NCBI GenBank assembly: GCA_965228475.1
Contig: OZ245817.1
Span: 992,001-1,056,000, forward strand
DNA: 64,000 bases
Source of the DNA: Myxococcota bacterium
Lineage (GTDB): Bacteria; Myxococcota_A; UBA9160; JAFDDA01
Direction of reading: 5' to 3'
Of the stretch, positions 1 through 10,520 are shown piece by piece (position 1 is the stretch's first letter; each line of letters opens with the position of its first letter). Both the position numbers and the translations under genes were made by a program. Below the pieces are notes generated by a model. It was given only the letters and a program-made list of their open reading frames with translations, had not been told where the DNA came from and ran no database searches.

Positions 1-2
1 TC

Positions 3-1721
3 TCCGGCGTCACGAGCTACGGCGGGATCGGCTTCCTCTTCGAGCGCGCCGGTCTCGACTACGCCGCCGGCCACACCTTCTACGATGCGGGCTTCCCGCG
101 CGATCCCTTCCTCGGAGACGAACCGCTCGACCTCTGGCTCTTCGGCCTGGGTGCGCCGCTCGCCTCGCTCGCGCTCTCCTGGTGGCTCGGCGTCGCGATC
201 CTGTTCGGGGTGTGCGGCCTCGGCTGGAGGCTCCACCACCACGCGGCCGGGCTCGCTGCGGCGGGGGTCCTCGCGCTCGTCCTGTTCGCCTCGGACCGGC
301 CGCTCTTCTTCGGGCCGGCGCTCCCCGCGGCCGTCGCGCTCGTCGCGGTCCTCGTCCTCCTGGTCGAGAGCCGCGGTGCGCCGCACCTCGGGCGCACGCT
401 CACCGCGGGCGGGCTCGGAGGGTTCGCGCTGATCTCGGACCTCGGCGCCCTCGCGGTGTTGCTGCCGCTCCTCTTGTTCGGTCCGCTCTGGTGCAAGACG
501 CTGCCGGGCGCTTCCGTCGACGGCGCAGGCAAGTGGGGCACGCCCCTGCGCCACACCGGGCTCGGTCTCCTCGCGCTCTTGATCCCGCTCCTGCCGTGGA
601 TGGCGCGGAGCGCGGCCTGGACGGGGGACCCGTGCTTCGGCTTCGACCCGGAGTTCGTGGTCGAATCCGACTACCGCTTCTACGACGCCGACCGCGAGCT
701 CGACGGCTTCCAGCCGAGCTTCCGTTTCGGCCGCCAGGAGATCGAGGAGCTCGTCCGCCCGCGCATCCGCATCGACGAAGGGGAGGGCGAGGACGCGGGC
801 GAGAACCGGACGGCCCTCGTGACCGAGGACCTCCGGGACCTCGTGAGGCCGCGGCTCCAGATCGATCCGCTCTTCGTCGACTACGACGTCGACTTCGGCG
901 CGGCCGTGCTCGACGACACCGACTTCTTCGACGGCTACCTGTGTGCGACGGAGTGGGGCCTCGGGATTCTGCTCGCCGCCCTGCTCGCGCCGTTCACCGT
1001 GCTCGGGCCCCGGCGGCGCGAGCGGTTCTTCCAGATCCTGCCGGCGGTCGGAGGCTACGCCGCCGGCGCCTACCTGGGCGACTTCGAGACCACGACGCCC
1101 GCGGCGCTCGCCTTCCTTTCCGTCGGTGCCGGCCAGGCTCTCTACGACGTGCGCGGATGCGGATCCACCGGGCGCAACCTGACCTACGGCGGCACGCTCG
1201 CGACCGGAGGGCTCGCCCTCGGGCTGAGCGGCGCCCACGACTGCGGCTACTGGCCGAGCTGGGGGGACTACCCGAACTTCCCGCAGTTCGAGTTCGTCCA
1301 GCTCGAAGACGAGCCGCAGCGCGTCGGCCTCGACGGCTACGAGCTCCGCCTCCGCTACTACTGGGACGAGAACTACGGCGAGGACCTGCCCGCTGCCGAC
1401 CCGCAGGTCGCGCCCCCGACGCTCGGAACCGACGACGAAGAGCCGGAGATCGATCTCGGTGTCGGGCTGAAGTACGACTACGACCGAGGCCTCGACCTCA
1501 AGGGGCAGTATCGCGACGACGCGGTCGACGCGACCGGCACGTCCCCCACGCCGGAGACGCTCCCGAATCAGGGCGCCCGGCCCGGTCCGAAGGTGCCGAC
1601 CTTCCGCCCCGACCCGAACGTGCAGCCCAACCTGCAGCCCGCACCCAAGATTCCGGTGCAGCCGCGGAACATGCCGCAGCAGAACCCCGGCTCGAAGTCC
1701 TATCCGGGGCCGCGGAACTAG
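3..1721 (+). CDS. Polytopic membrane protein with acidic loops and Pro/Gln-rich C-tail; 5'-truncated at window edge
   Basis: The frame of ORF 210..1721 is open back to position 3 (SGVTSYGGIGFLFERAGLDY...). Multiple hydrophobic segments and GC3-rich codons. Function not recognised. Confidence 0.7.
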   Translation, partial: SGVTSYGGIGFLFERAGLDYAAGHTFYDAGFPRDPFLGDEPLDLWLFGLGAPLASLALSWWLGVAILFGVCGLGWRLHHHAAGLAAAGVLALVLFASDRPLFFGPALPAAVALVAVLVLLVESRGAPHLGRTLTAGGLGGFALISDLGALAVLLPLLLFGPLWCKTLPGASVDGAGKWGTPLRHTGLGLLALLIPLLPWMARSAAWTGDPCFGFDPEFVVESDYRFYDADRELDGFQPSFRFGRQEIEELVRPRIRIDEGEGEDAGENRTALVTEDLRDLVRPRLQIDPLFVDYDVDFGAAVLDDTDFFDGYLCATEWGLGILLAALLAPFTVLGPRRRERFFQILPAVGGYAAGAYLGDFETTTPAALAFLSVGAGQALYDVRGCGSTGRNLTYGGTLATGGLALGLSGAHDCGYWPSWGDYPNFPQFEFVQLEDEPQRVGLDGYELRLRYYWDENYGEDLPAADPQVAPPTLGTDDEEPEIDLGVGLKYDYDRGLDLKGQYRDDAVDATGTSPTPETLPNQGARPGPKVPTFRPDPNVQPNLQPAPKIPVQPRNMPQQNPGSKSYPGPRN

Positions 1722-1750
1722 GGGCGTCGCGAGGGCGCGGAGGCCGCCGG

Positions 1751-2656
<906 letters not shown>

Positions 2657-2724
2657 GCCCGGAGTGTGGCACGGACCGCTCGCGATGGGGAGTCGGAAAC
2701 GCCGTGGCTCCGGGCCTTCCGGCG

Positions 2725-3819
2725 CTAGGCCCCGTCGAAGGCGATGACCGAGCGGGCGACCTCGCCCTTCTTCATGGCCTCGATGGCCTCGTTCACACCG
2801 TCGAGTTCGATGCGCCGCGAGATCATCTCGTCGAGCTTCAGGCGGCCGTCGAGGTAGAAGTTCACGTAGGTCGGCATGTCGATGCGGAAGCGGTTCGAGC
2901 CCATCATCGAGCCGAGGATGCGCTTCTCCTGGAGAACGAGCATCGCCTGGTGGAACTCGAGCATCTGCCCGACCGGAGCGACGCCGACGCACACCGCGGC
3001 GCCCCCGGCCCGCACCATGTTGACGGCCTGGTTCACGGTGGGCTTCAGACCAATGCACTCGAAGGCGTAATCGGCACCGCCGCCGGTGGCGCCGAGCACG
3101 GCCATGGTGGGGTCGCCGTCGGCGGCGTTCACGACGTCCGTGGCGCCGAGCTTCTGGGCGAGCTCGAGCTTCCAGCTCTCCGTGTCGACCGCGAAGATCC
3201 GGCTGGCCCCTGCGATGCGGCAGCCCTGGATGGCGGCCAGGCCGACGCCGCCGCAGCCGATTACGACGGTCGTGCTGCCGGGCTCGACGCGCGCCGTGCG
3301 CAGGGCCGCTCCCAGCCCCGTCGTCACGCCGCAGCCGATCAGGGCCGCGCGGTCGAGGGGCATCTCGGGCGAGATCTTCACGAGCGCGCGCTCGTGGGTG
3401 AGCATCTGCTCGGCGAAGGAGGAGAGGTTCGCGAACTGCGGGATGGCCTCGCCGTCCTTCGAGAGCCGGGGCGCTTCCTCGGCCGAGCGCTGCAGGGAGT
3501 CGGCGTTCTGGCAGAGGTACGGGCGCCCCTTCATGCAGGATTCGCAGCTTCCGCAGAACGCGGAGAGGCAGCCGATCACGTGGTCGCCGGGTGCGAAATC
3601 GCGCACGTCGCTGCCCACGGCCTCGACGACGCCGGCCGGTTCGTGGCCGAGCACCGTCGGCGGCGGCATCGGCAGGTTGCCCTCGATGACGTGGAGGTCG
3701 CTGTGGCAGATGCCCGAGGCCACGGTGCGAAGGAGCACCTCGTTCGGGCCGGGCTTGTCGATTGCGATGTCTTCGATTTCGAGCGGGGCGTGGTTCGCCC
3801 GCATCACGGCGGCTTTCAT
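2725..3819 (-). CDS. Zn-dependent alcohol dehydrogenase (MDR, class III-like)
   Basis: MKAAVM start, GICHSD, GHEPAG, structural Zn motif CGSCESCMKGRPYLC, GCGGVG. Confidence 0.93.
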   Translation of the reverse strand: MKAAVMRANHAPLEIEDIAIDKPGPNEVLLRTVASGICHSDLHVIEGNLPMPPPTVLGHEPAGVVEAVGSDVRDFAPGDHVIGCLSAFCGSCESCMKGRPYLCQNADSLQRSAEEAPRLSKDGEAIPQFANLSSFAEQMLTHERALVKISPEMPLDRAALIGCGVTTGLGAALRTARVEPGSTTVVIGCGGVGLAAIQGCRIAGASRIFAVDTESWKLELAQKLGATDVVNAADGDPTMAVLGATGGGADYAFECIGLKPTVNQAVNMVRAGGAAVCVGVAPVGQMLEFHQAMLVLQEKRILGSMMGSNRFRIDMPTYVNFYLDGRLKLDEMISRRIELDGVNEAIEAMKKGEVARSVIAFDGA

Positions 3820-3857
3820 CGGTGCCTCTCTTCGTCGGTGGGAACCCGACGCGCATT

Positions 3858-4886
3858 CTATCCCGCCGCGTCCCCCTTGTGTTTCCAATCCGCGACGACG
3901 TCGGCCCAGAAGTGGGGGTCCGGGCAGCGGTTGTGGGTCACGCTCACGCCGTCGGCGATGCCCTCGAGCCGGGCGCGGAGCTTGCCGGCGATCTCCCGCC
4001 GCTCTCCGACGACGGCGAGGGTCTCGAGGATCTCGTCGTCGATCAGCTCGGCCATCTCGTCCCAGCGCCCCTCCTTGGACATCCGATTCAGGCGCGGGTG
4101 GAGGCCCTCCCAGCCGTGGCATTCGAGGGTGCGTGCGTACGCCGGGGTCGATCCGTAAAAGGCCAGGTGCTTGCGCGCGGCGAGCTTCGAGCGCTCGAAG
4201 GCCTCTTCGTCGTCGGCGGTGACGACCATCGTCGCGCACACGAGTTCGAGCTGCTCGCGGGATCGGCCGCTCTTCGCGAGGCCGCGCTCGAGCGCCGGCA
4301 GGGTCTGCTCGAGCAGCGACTGGCGGCTCGTGAACGGGTGGCCGAAGAAGGCGTCCGCGACCTCGCCGGCGACCTCCGTCATGCGCGGCCCCACGCCGGC
4401 GACGGCGATGGGCGGCGGGCCGAAGGGGTTCGGCCCGGGGTCGAAGGCCGGGATCATGATCGTGTGGGTGTAGTACTCGCCGCGGTGCTCGAGCGGCGTC
4501 CCCTCCTGCCAGCGCGCGAAGATCGCGCGCACCGCCTGGACGATCTCCCGCATGCGCGAGGCCGGCTTGCCCCAGGGCATGCTGAAGCGCTTCTCGACGT
4601 GGGGGCGCACCTGGGATCCAAGCCCCAGGATGAAGCGGCCCCCGCTGATCGACTGGAGCCCCCAGGCCAGGCTCGCCAGGTTCATCGGGTTGCGCGCGAA
4701 GGCGATCGCGATCGCCGTGCCGAGGCGCAGGCGCTCGGTGTTCTCGGCGGCGAGCACGAGCGGCAGGAAGGGGTCGAGCTTCGCCTCGAAGCTGAAGGCG
4801 CCGTCGTAGCCGATCGCCTCGAGCTTGCGGAAGGACTCGCGCGCGTCGCGCGGGTCCTCCATCGGAGCGGTGGTGTAGATCTTCAT
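3858..4886 (-). CDS. LLM-class (probably F420-dependent, TIGR03617-like) oxidoreductase
   Basis: EAKLDPFLPL, GTAIAIAFARNP, GRFILGLGSQVRPH, FYGSTPAY. Confidence 0.9.
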   Translation of the reverse strand: MKIYTTAPMEDPRDARESFRKLEAIGYDGAFSFEAKLDPFLPLVLAAENTERLRLGTAIAIAFARNPMNLASLAWGLQSISGGRFILGLGSQVRPHVEKRFSMPWGKPASRMREIVQAVRAIFARWQEGTPLEHRGEYYTHTIMIPAFDPGPNPFGPPPIAVAGVGPRMTEVAGEVADAFFGHPFTSRQSLLEQTLPALERGLAKSGRSREQLELVCATMVVTADDEEAFERSKLAARKHLAFYGSTPAYARTLECHGWEGLHPRLNRMSKEGRWDEMAELIDDEILETLAVVGERREIAGKLRARLEGIADGVSVTHNRCPDPHFWADVVADWKHKGDAAG

Positions 4887-4902
4887 GCGGAGGAGGTCGT
4901 TC

Positions 4903-5856
4903 TCAGCCGCCGAGGAACCGGTTCATCCCCTCGACGCCGTCGGAGCTCCGATCCTCGGAGTACTGGTACTCCGGGTCGAGCAGCTCGTTGATGTGGTCCA
5001 TCACGACGTCGGTCATGGCCTGGAACTTCTCGCGGTGGATGCCGGCCTCGAGCGTGAAGGGATGGAAGGCCTCGCTCACCCGGTGCGCTCCGAGCTCGGG
5101 GCCTTCGAGCGCGAGCGGCCGGCCGATGCGGTAGACGATGCGGCCGCCGGAGGCGAAGGGGCTGTTGCCCGGGTAGACCTTGTCCGAGCCGTTGCAGCCC
5201 ACCGGCACGACGTCCACGCCGAGATGCTGTGCCACCTGGGCGACGCCGATGTGGCCGCGCGAGAGATGGATCGAGCGCGTTCCCTGCGGAAAGACGAGCA
5301 GGTGCTGGCCGAACTCGAGGGCGAGCCGGTTGAGCCGCATCACCTCCTCGATCATTCGCTCGAAGAGGGCCGAGAAGTCCCGCAGGAAGCCCTTCAGATC
5401 CCCGACCGCGGCGACGAGGGCTTCGGGGGCTTCCTCGGTCTTGCCGTCGGCCAGGTCGCGCAGGGCGCGGTACTCGTCGCCGTCCGGGGCGCGGCCGGCC
5501 ACGCGGCGGAACTCCGTCGAGATCACGTAGCCGCGCGAGGGCAGGGGGATGTTGTTCATGGCATCCATGAACGCGCCCATGGCGGCGTTCTCGTAGTACT
5601 TGCCCTTGACCCAGGTGGCGGTGTAGCCGAGCCGCTGGCGGTAGAGCTGGTACTGGAACGGCCAGTAGTTGTACCGGTCCGTGTGGTTCATCGCGAGGAC
5701 GTAGCTCTTGCCCGGGGCGAGGTTCTCGGTGCCCTCGAGGACGATCTCGGTCTTGCGCGGGAAGGCGTAGTCGAGCCGCAGGATCTCGGCCATGAAGCGC
5801 TGGCCCCAGGGAATCCGTCGGAGCTTCACGCGTTCGAGACGGGCAAGGTCGAGCAT
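4903..5856 (-). CDS. Lysophospholipid acyltransferase family protein
   Basis: NHTDRY (block I-like) and VFPQGTRS (block III). ATG at 5856 chosen as start. Confidence 0.85.
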   Translation of the reverse strand: MLDLARLERVKLRRIPWGQRFMAEILRLDYAFPRKTEIVLEGTENLAPGKSYVLAMNHTDRYNYWPFQYQLYRQRLGYTATWVKGKYYENAAMGAFMDAMNNIPLPSRGYVISTEFRRVAGRAPDGDEYRALRDLADGKTEEAPEALVAAVGDLKGFLRDFSALFERMIEEVMRLNRLALEFGQHLLVFPQGTRSIHLSRGHIGVAQVAQHLGVDVVPVGCNGSDKVYPGNSPFASGGRIVYRIGRPLALEGPELGAHRVSEAFHPFTLEAGIHREKFQAMTDVVMDHINELLDPEYQYSEDRSSDGVEGMNRFLGG

Positions 5857-5937
5857 GCCCCCAATGTTGCGGCCTGGGCGAAGGCCCGTCAAATTTCCCG
5901 GGTGCCGCGGGAGCGGGGCGCTTCACGGGAGAACACC

Positions 5938-6282
5938 ATGGCCGGCCGGAAGATCGACTTCTACTACACGCGCAAGGGCTGAACGTCCTGCACCCGAGCG
6001 TCCAAGTTCCTGGACGCCAACGAGATCGAAGCGAAGGAAACCGTGCTGGCGAGCAAGAAGCTCGGCAAGAAGGATGCGGCCGCCATGGCCAAGGCCGCCT
6101 CCCGGGTCGTCGTTGCGAAGGGCAAGAAGGTCAGCGAGTTCAAGCCGGGCGGGAAGGCCGGTGCGGACGTCGTCGCCGCCATGCTCGGCCCGACGGGCAA
6201 CCTGCGCGCCCCGACGATCCGCCGCGGCAAGACCGTGCTCGTCGGCTTCAACGAAGAGGTGTACTCGGACGCGCTGCTCTAG
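5938..6282 (+). CDS. ArsC/glutaredoxin-like selenoprotein (UxxC), 114 aa, Sec at in-frame UGA 5980-5982
   Basis: GGAG RBS then MAGRKIDFYYTRKG-[UGA]-TSCTRASKFL, continuing in frame to ...GNLRAPTIRRGKTVLVGFNEEVY. Thioredoxin-fold CxxC position reads U-T-S-C. SECIS-like hairpin downstream. Confidence 0.9.
5998..6017 (+). promoter_or_regulatory. Putative bacterial SECIS hairpin
   Basis: GCGTCCA-AGTTCC-TGGACGC: perfect 7-bp stem, loop begins 22 nt after the UGA, with G as 2nd loop base followed by U. Confidence 0.75.
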
Positions 6283-6300
6283 CGGCGGGCCGCCGGTCCC

Positions 6301-6717
6301 ATGCCGGATTTCGAACTCGACGCGCGCCTCGAGGGCGACACGCACTTCGTCGGCGACTGGCCCGTCTGCCGCGTCCTGCTGATGGACGACGCCCGCTTCC
6401 CGTGGCTGATCCTCGTGCCGCGCGTGGCGGGGGCGCGTGAACTCCACGCGCTGCCGAGCGCCGTCCGCGCGGTCGTCTTCGGCGAGATCACCCGGGCCAC
6501 CGCCGCGCTCGAACGCGCGACCGGCGCGGAGAAGATGAACGTCGCGGCGCTCGGCAACATGGTTCCCCAGCTCCACGTCCACGTGATCGCACGCCACGCG
6601 GGCGACGCGGCCTGGCCCGGGCCGGTCTGGGGCGTCGAGGGACGAGAGGCATGGGAAGGGGATGCACGCCGCGCGCTCCTCGAGCGCTTCGAGACCGAAG
6701 CGCAGCGCGAGGGCTGA
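6301..6717 (+). CDS. HIT family hydrolase
   Basis: RFPWLILVPR, KMNVAALGNMVPQLHVHVIAR, DAAWPGPVWG. Confidence 0.9.
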   Translation: MPDFELDARLEGDTHFVGDWPVCRVLLMDDARFPWLILVPRVAGARELHALPSAVRAVVFGEITRATAALERATGAEKMNVAALGNMVPQLHVHVIARHAGDAAWPGPVWGVEGREAWEGDARRALLERFETEAQREG

Positions 6718-6833
6718 CGCCGGCCTGCGTCGAATTCGCCAGCTCCGCGTTGCCGCCGACTTGACGTTCTGCGGGGCCGTTCGCGATCCTCGTCTCCCCC
6801 CTTGCGAGTTCGGCTCGCATCAAAGGGGGCTCC

Positions 6834-8444
6834 GTGAAGTCGACCAAGATCGTCATCGCCGCCTTGGTTCTGTCCACGATCGCTGAACAAGCCTTCGGAG
6901 ATGGCGCGGAACTCCGGCTCGTCCTGGACCGCCGCGACGTCATCGGCCCGGCCAAGACCCTCGAAGAGTTGTTCTGGCCTCCCCGGGCAGCCGAGGGTGG
7001 ACGCCTCGCTTTCTTCGAAACCGATTCGGGCCCGGTCTACGCGTGGGTCGACGGCGTCTTGCAACGGGTCTCCGACCGGGGCGGCCCAGCGCCCGACGAT
7101 CCGAGCCTCCGATTCTCCCGCTACGCCGAGCTGGCCTGGGATGGCGAGACATTGGTCTTCGACGCCTCGACCTACCCGGGCCTCAACGACGGTCTCTACG
7201 TGTACCGAGCGGGCTCCTTCCAGAAGATCTTTCGCGAGGGCGAGATGGTTCCCGGTTTGGACGAGCCCATCGGCAGCCCCCGCGGCGTTTCACTTCGCGA
7301 TGGTGCAGTCGTATTCGGAGCCTCGGGCCGGATTTGGGAATGGCAGGATGGAAACTTTGCGGTGCTCGTCGGCCCGGAGACTCCGCTCCCGCATACGGAG
7401 GGGACATTCGGGACCGTCTCGAGCCCCGTTTCCCGCGGCAATCGAACGGTCTTCTGGGCCTCAGGGGAGGCGGGGGTCGCCGGTCTCTACGAAATTTCGG
7501 AGGGAAGGATCTCCCTTCTTCTGCTCCAAGGCACACCCTACCCAAGCGAAGGGCCGATCCAGGGAACCACGCCGAGGGCATACTGGTTCGATTTTCACGG
7601 CCGAACCCTCGCCTTCATCGGGCCGAGGCGTGCGCTGTTCTCTCTCGTCGATGGGAGGCTGGAGAAGGTCGCCGACAAGGCGGTTCGAGCGGCCGTCGGG
7701 CGACGCAAGGTCGCTTTCTCCTACTGGCCCAATCTGTTCGGCTGGGAGCCGGGGGGGTCGGTGTTCGCCATCGGTGAGTCCGGTTCCGTCGTTGAGGGTT
7801 CGGTGGTTCATGTCTTCGAGATCGAGGCGGGAGCCTTCGCAGGGGGCGAATTCTTCCTCGGCGGGGCGGCCGTGGGCCAGGGCCCGCCGCCCATCGAGTT
7901 TCACTCGGCTCACTACGCGGCTCGGTTCGTGCCGGATTGCGAGGATGGCGTCGACAACGACGGCGACGGGCTCGCGGACTTCCCGGAGGATCCGGAATGC
8001 GAACACGCGGCGGACAACTCGGAGCGCGTTGCCATCCGGGTACGCCACCGGGGCCGGAGGCCGATCGCGACGGTCGCGATCCTGAGCCGCGAAGGCGCCG
8101 AACCGGATGCGATCGATCTCGATTCTCTCGCTTTCGGCCCGGAAGAGGTCCGGCCGCTCCTGCCGTTCTGGCACTTCCTCCACCGGAGGGACGTGGATGG
8201 AGATGGCTCTCTCGATCAGATCCTGTACTTCCGGGTCGATGGCGAAACCTTCGGGTCGCGCGAGACCGCTTGCCTGAACGGCCGGATCGAGGACCAGCCG
8301 TTCGAAGCCTGCGCCGAGATCGCGCCGCGACTGGGCTGTGGCCTCGGGGGAGAAGCTGGGTTGGCAGCGGCTTGCCTGGTGTTCGCAAGGAGAGCTTGGA
8401 CGCAGGGACGCTCGCGCAAGACCGCACGCTCGCTCACGCCTTGA
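6834..8444 (+). CDS. Secreted/surface protein: propeller-like N-region, Ca-binding-like Cys/Asp motif, C-terminal CGLG-TM-Arg tail
   Basis: Signal peptide (MKSTKIVIAALVLSTIAEQAFG), CEDGVDNDGDGLADFPEDPEC, DVDGDG, terminal GCGLGGEAGLAAACLVFARR. Confidence 0.7.
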   Translation: MKSTKIVIAALVLSTIAEQAFGDGAELRLVLDRRDVIGPAKTLEELFWPPRAAEGGRLAFFETDSGPVYAWVDGVLQRVSDRGGPAPDDPSLRFSRYAELAWDGETLVFDASTYPGLNDGLYVYRAGSFQKIFREGEMVPGLDEPIGSPRGVSLRDGAVVFGASGRIWEWQDGNFAVLVGPETPLPHTEGTFGTVSSPVSRGNRTVFWASGEAGVAGLYEISEGRISLLLLQGTPYPSEGPIQGTTPRAYWFDFHGRTLAFIGPRRALFSLVDGRLEKVADKAVRAAVGRRKVAFSYWPNLFGWEPGGSVFAIGESGSVVEGSVVHVFEIEAGAFAGGEFFLGGAAVGQGPPPIEFHSAHYAARFVPDCEDGVDNDGDGLADFPEDPECEHAADNSERVAIRVRHRGRRPIATVAILSREGAEPDAIDLDSLAFGPEEVRPLLPFWHFLHRRDVDGDGSLDQILYFRVDGETFGSRETACLNGRIEDQPFEACAEIAPRLGCGLGGEAGLAAACLVFARRAWTQGRSRKTARSLTP

Positions 8445-8498
8445 TCGAGCACGCTCGAAACGACCGAAGCGCCCGACTCCAGTCGGATCGGGACGCCG

Positions 8499-9041
8499 CT
8501 AGGGCGCCGCTGGCTGCGGCGTCCGGTTGAGCTTCTCGAGGTCGAAGCCCTTGGCCTCGATTCGGGCCAGCACCCGTTCGTAGCGCTCCGGGTCCATCGT
8601 CGGTGTGCGCGAGAGGATCCAGAGGTACTCGCGCGAAGGGTGGCCGACCACGGCGTGGCGGTAGTCCGGGTCGAGATCGATCACCCAGTAGTCGCCGGCG
8701 AACGGCCAGAAGAACTGCACCTCGAGCTTGGCCGTGCTGTCCTCCGGGTCCGTGACCCAGGCGACGCCTTCGATCTGGCTCAACTCGCCGTCGAAGGTTT
8801 CCTTGCGGCAGGCGTTCTCGACCTTGATCCGGCCGTCCTCGCGCAGGGAGTAGTCGGCGGTCGTCGCGACGCAGCCGCGCTGGAAACGCTGCGGGAAGCT
8901 CGCGATCTCGTACCAGCGGCCCAGGTAGCGGTCGATCTCGACGTTCTCCACCACGGCGAGCGGCGGGTGCGGCGTCTGGCAGCCGGCCGTCCACACGAGC
9001 GCGGAGAGGCAGAGGGCTCGAAGCCAGCGCGATCGCTTCAC
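8499..9041 (-). CDS. blc: Bacterial lipocalin lipoprotein (Blc-like)
   Basis: Lipobox WTAGC, YLGRWYEIA, FFWPFAGDYWV, YLWILSR. GTG start overlaps upstream TGA. Confidence 0.92.
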   Translation of the reverse strand: MKRSRWLRALCLSALVWTAGCQTPHPPLAVVENVEIDRYLGRWYEIASFPQRFQRGCVATTADYSLREDGRIKVENACRKETFDGELSQIEGVAWVTDPEDSTAKLEVQFFWPFAGDYWVIDLDPDYRHAVVGHPSREYLWILSRTPTMDPERYERVLARIEAKGFDLEKLNRTPQPAAP

Positions 9042-9511
9042 CGCATCGTCCTTTCGGCGACGGCGCGGCCCGCGTCGCCCATGCGTTCGCTGAAGTCCCA
9101 GGAGACGATCTCCCGGGGCGCGATGGCGATCGCGGTCTCCTTCGAGGCCCGGGCCAGCAGGGACTTCGCGAGCTTCGAGGAGTCGTCCCCGAGGTAGCGG
9201 TCGATCGCGGCGCGGAGGATCTCTTCGCCGCGGTCCTCGTGGAGCGTCGCGATCGCCGGCCCGCGGACGCCGCGGTAGGGCGGCGCTTCCACCGAGACTT
9301 CGAAGGCGCAGGCCGGGTCGCGGGAGAGCAGTGCCGCGACGCTCGCCGAGCACTGGGTCGCGCACCAGAGCAAGCCGTCCTTCGGAACGAACCACAGCGA
9401 CGCGAGAACCGGGTGACCGGCGGCTCCGTTGCAGGCGAGACGGACCGGAATCCGCGTCGCTTCGAGGAACGCTTCGATCTGCGAGGTGGACCACGGGCCT
9501 TTGACGTTCAT
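9038..9511 (-). CDS. Pyridoxamine 5'-phosphate oxidase-like (split-barrel flavin) protein
   Basis: GPWSTSQIEAFL, PVRLAC, SLWF, PYRGVRG, SWDFSERM. Confidence 0.8.
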   Translation of the reverse strand: MNVKGPWSTSQIEAFLEATRIPVRLACNGAAGHPVLASLWFVPKDGLLWCATQCSASVAALLSRDPACAFEVSVEAPPYRGVRGPAIATLHEDRGEEILRAAIDRYLGDDSSKLAKSLLARASKETAIAIAPREIVSWDFSERMGDAGRAVAERTMR

Positions 9512-9518
9512 GGGCGGA

Positions 9519-10424
9519 CTATCCCTCGTTCGTTGCCGCGAGCAGCATGACCTGCTGTTCCACTTCTTCGAGACTCGTGATGACGAGCGCCCCCTCCGGG
9601 CACTCGACCTCGCGCGCCCCGGCGCCGCCGAGCCAGAGCCGGACCTCGCTCGGCAGGATGGCATGCAGGCCGGCGACCCAGCGTGTCGCCTCTTCTGCCG
9701 GCATGGCGACGAGGCCCAGCGCGAGCACCGAAGCCTCGCTCTCGTCGGCCGCGGCGGCCAGGTCCTCGGCCGGAAGGTCCGTCCCGAGGTAGAGGACGTT
9801 CGCTCCCGCGCCGGCCGCCGTGAGCGCCGCCATCAGCAGGCCGAGCTCGTGGCGCTCACCCGAGGGCGTCGCGAAGACGATGCGGGGGCCGATCAGGGAC
9901 TGGGCCGTCGGTTGGAGCGCGCCGCCGAGCAGCGAGCGCAGGACGCCGCTCGCCAGATGTTCCTGCGCCTTGCCCATGCGTCCGTTCACCCAGCGCTCTC
10001 CGATCTCGCGCACCAGGGGCAGGGCGACGTCGCGCGAAAAGGTCACCGGGCCGAGCGCGGAGAGCTGAGCCGCGAGGAGGCGCTGCGCTTCGGCGGCATC
10101 GAGCCGTTCGAGCGCGGCCAGGATCGCGGTCAGGCGATCGCCCGCCGGAGCTTCGGCGACCGCGGCGCGCCGCTCGAGCTCGTCGTCCGTCAGGCGGGCG
10201 ACTTCGCCGATCCGGTGTCCGGCGTCGACCGCCGCCTTCACCCGCTTGAGCCGAGTGACGTCCGCCGCGCGGTAGCGCCGGGTACCGCCGGGGGTCCGCA
10301 GCGGCACGACCACCCCATGGCGGCGCTCCCAGGCCCGCAGGGTTTCCGGCGACAGGCCCGTCAGCCGGGCGGTTGCCCGGAGGGGGTAGGTCATCTCGAG
10401 CGCGTCGGGAGCGGGCTTGGACAT
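9519..10424 (-). CDS. MerR-family B12-binding photoregulator (CarH/LitR-like)
   Basis: MerR HTH (LRAWERRHG..P.RT.GG.RRY), helical W..EH motif (GERWVNG...QEH), cobalamin motif ERHELG, YLGTDLP. Confidence 0.9.
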   Translation of the reverse strand: MSKPAPDALEMTYPLRATARLTGLSPETLRAWERRHGVVVPLRTPGGTRRYRAADVTRLKRVKAAVDAGHRIGEVARLTDDELERRAAVAEAPAGDRLTAILAALERLDAAEAQRLLAAQLSALGPVTFSRDVALPLVREIGERWVNGRMGKAQEHLASGVLRSLLGGALQPTAQSLIGPRIVFATPSGERHELGLLMAALTAAGAGANVLYLGTDLPAEDLAAAADESEASVLALGLVAMPAEEATRWVAGLHAILPSEVRLWLGGAGAREVECPEGALVITSLEEVEQQVMLLAATNEG

Positions 10425-10453
10425 CGCCGTAACTTATACGGGATTCCAAAAAC

Positions 10454-10472
10454 GTCCAGATTTTTTCTGGAC
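10454..10472. promoter_or_regulatory. Inverted repeat in divergent CarH/SRPBCC intergenic region, candidate operator
   Basis: GTCCAGA-TTTTT-TCTGGAC in an AT-rich spacer. The right arm overlaps a -35-like TGGACA. Confidence 0.55.
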
Positions 10473-10520
10473 AAAACTCGAACGCGTACCAATCTGCGCT
10501 CATACGAGAGAGGAGGCCCC

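Noticed and set aside
6043..6282. 79-aa ORF as listed in the track
   Set aside because: It is the C-terminal part of the UGA-recoded gene starting at 5938.
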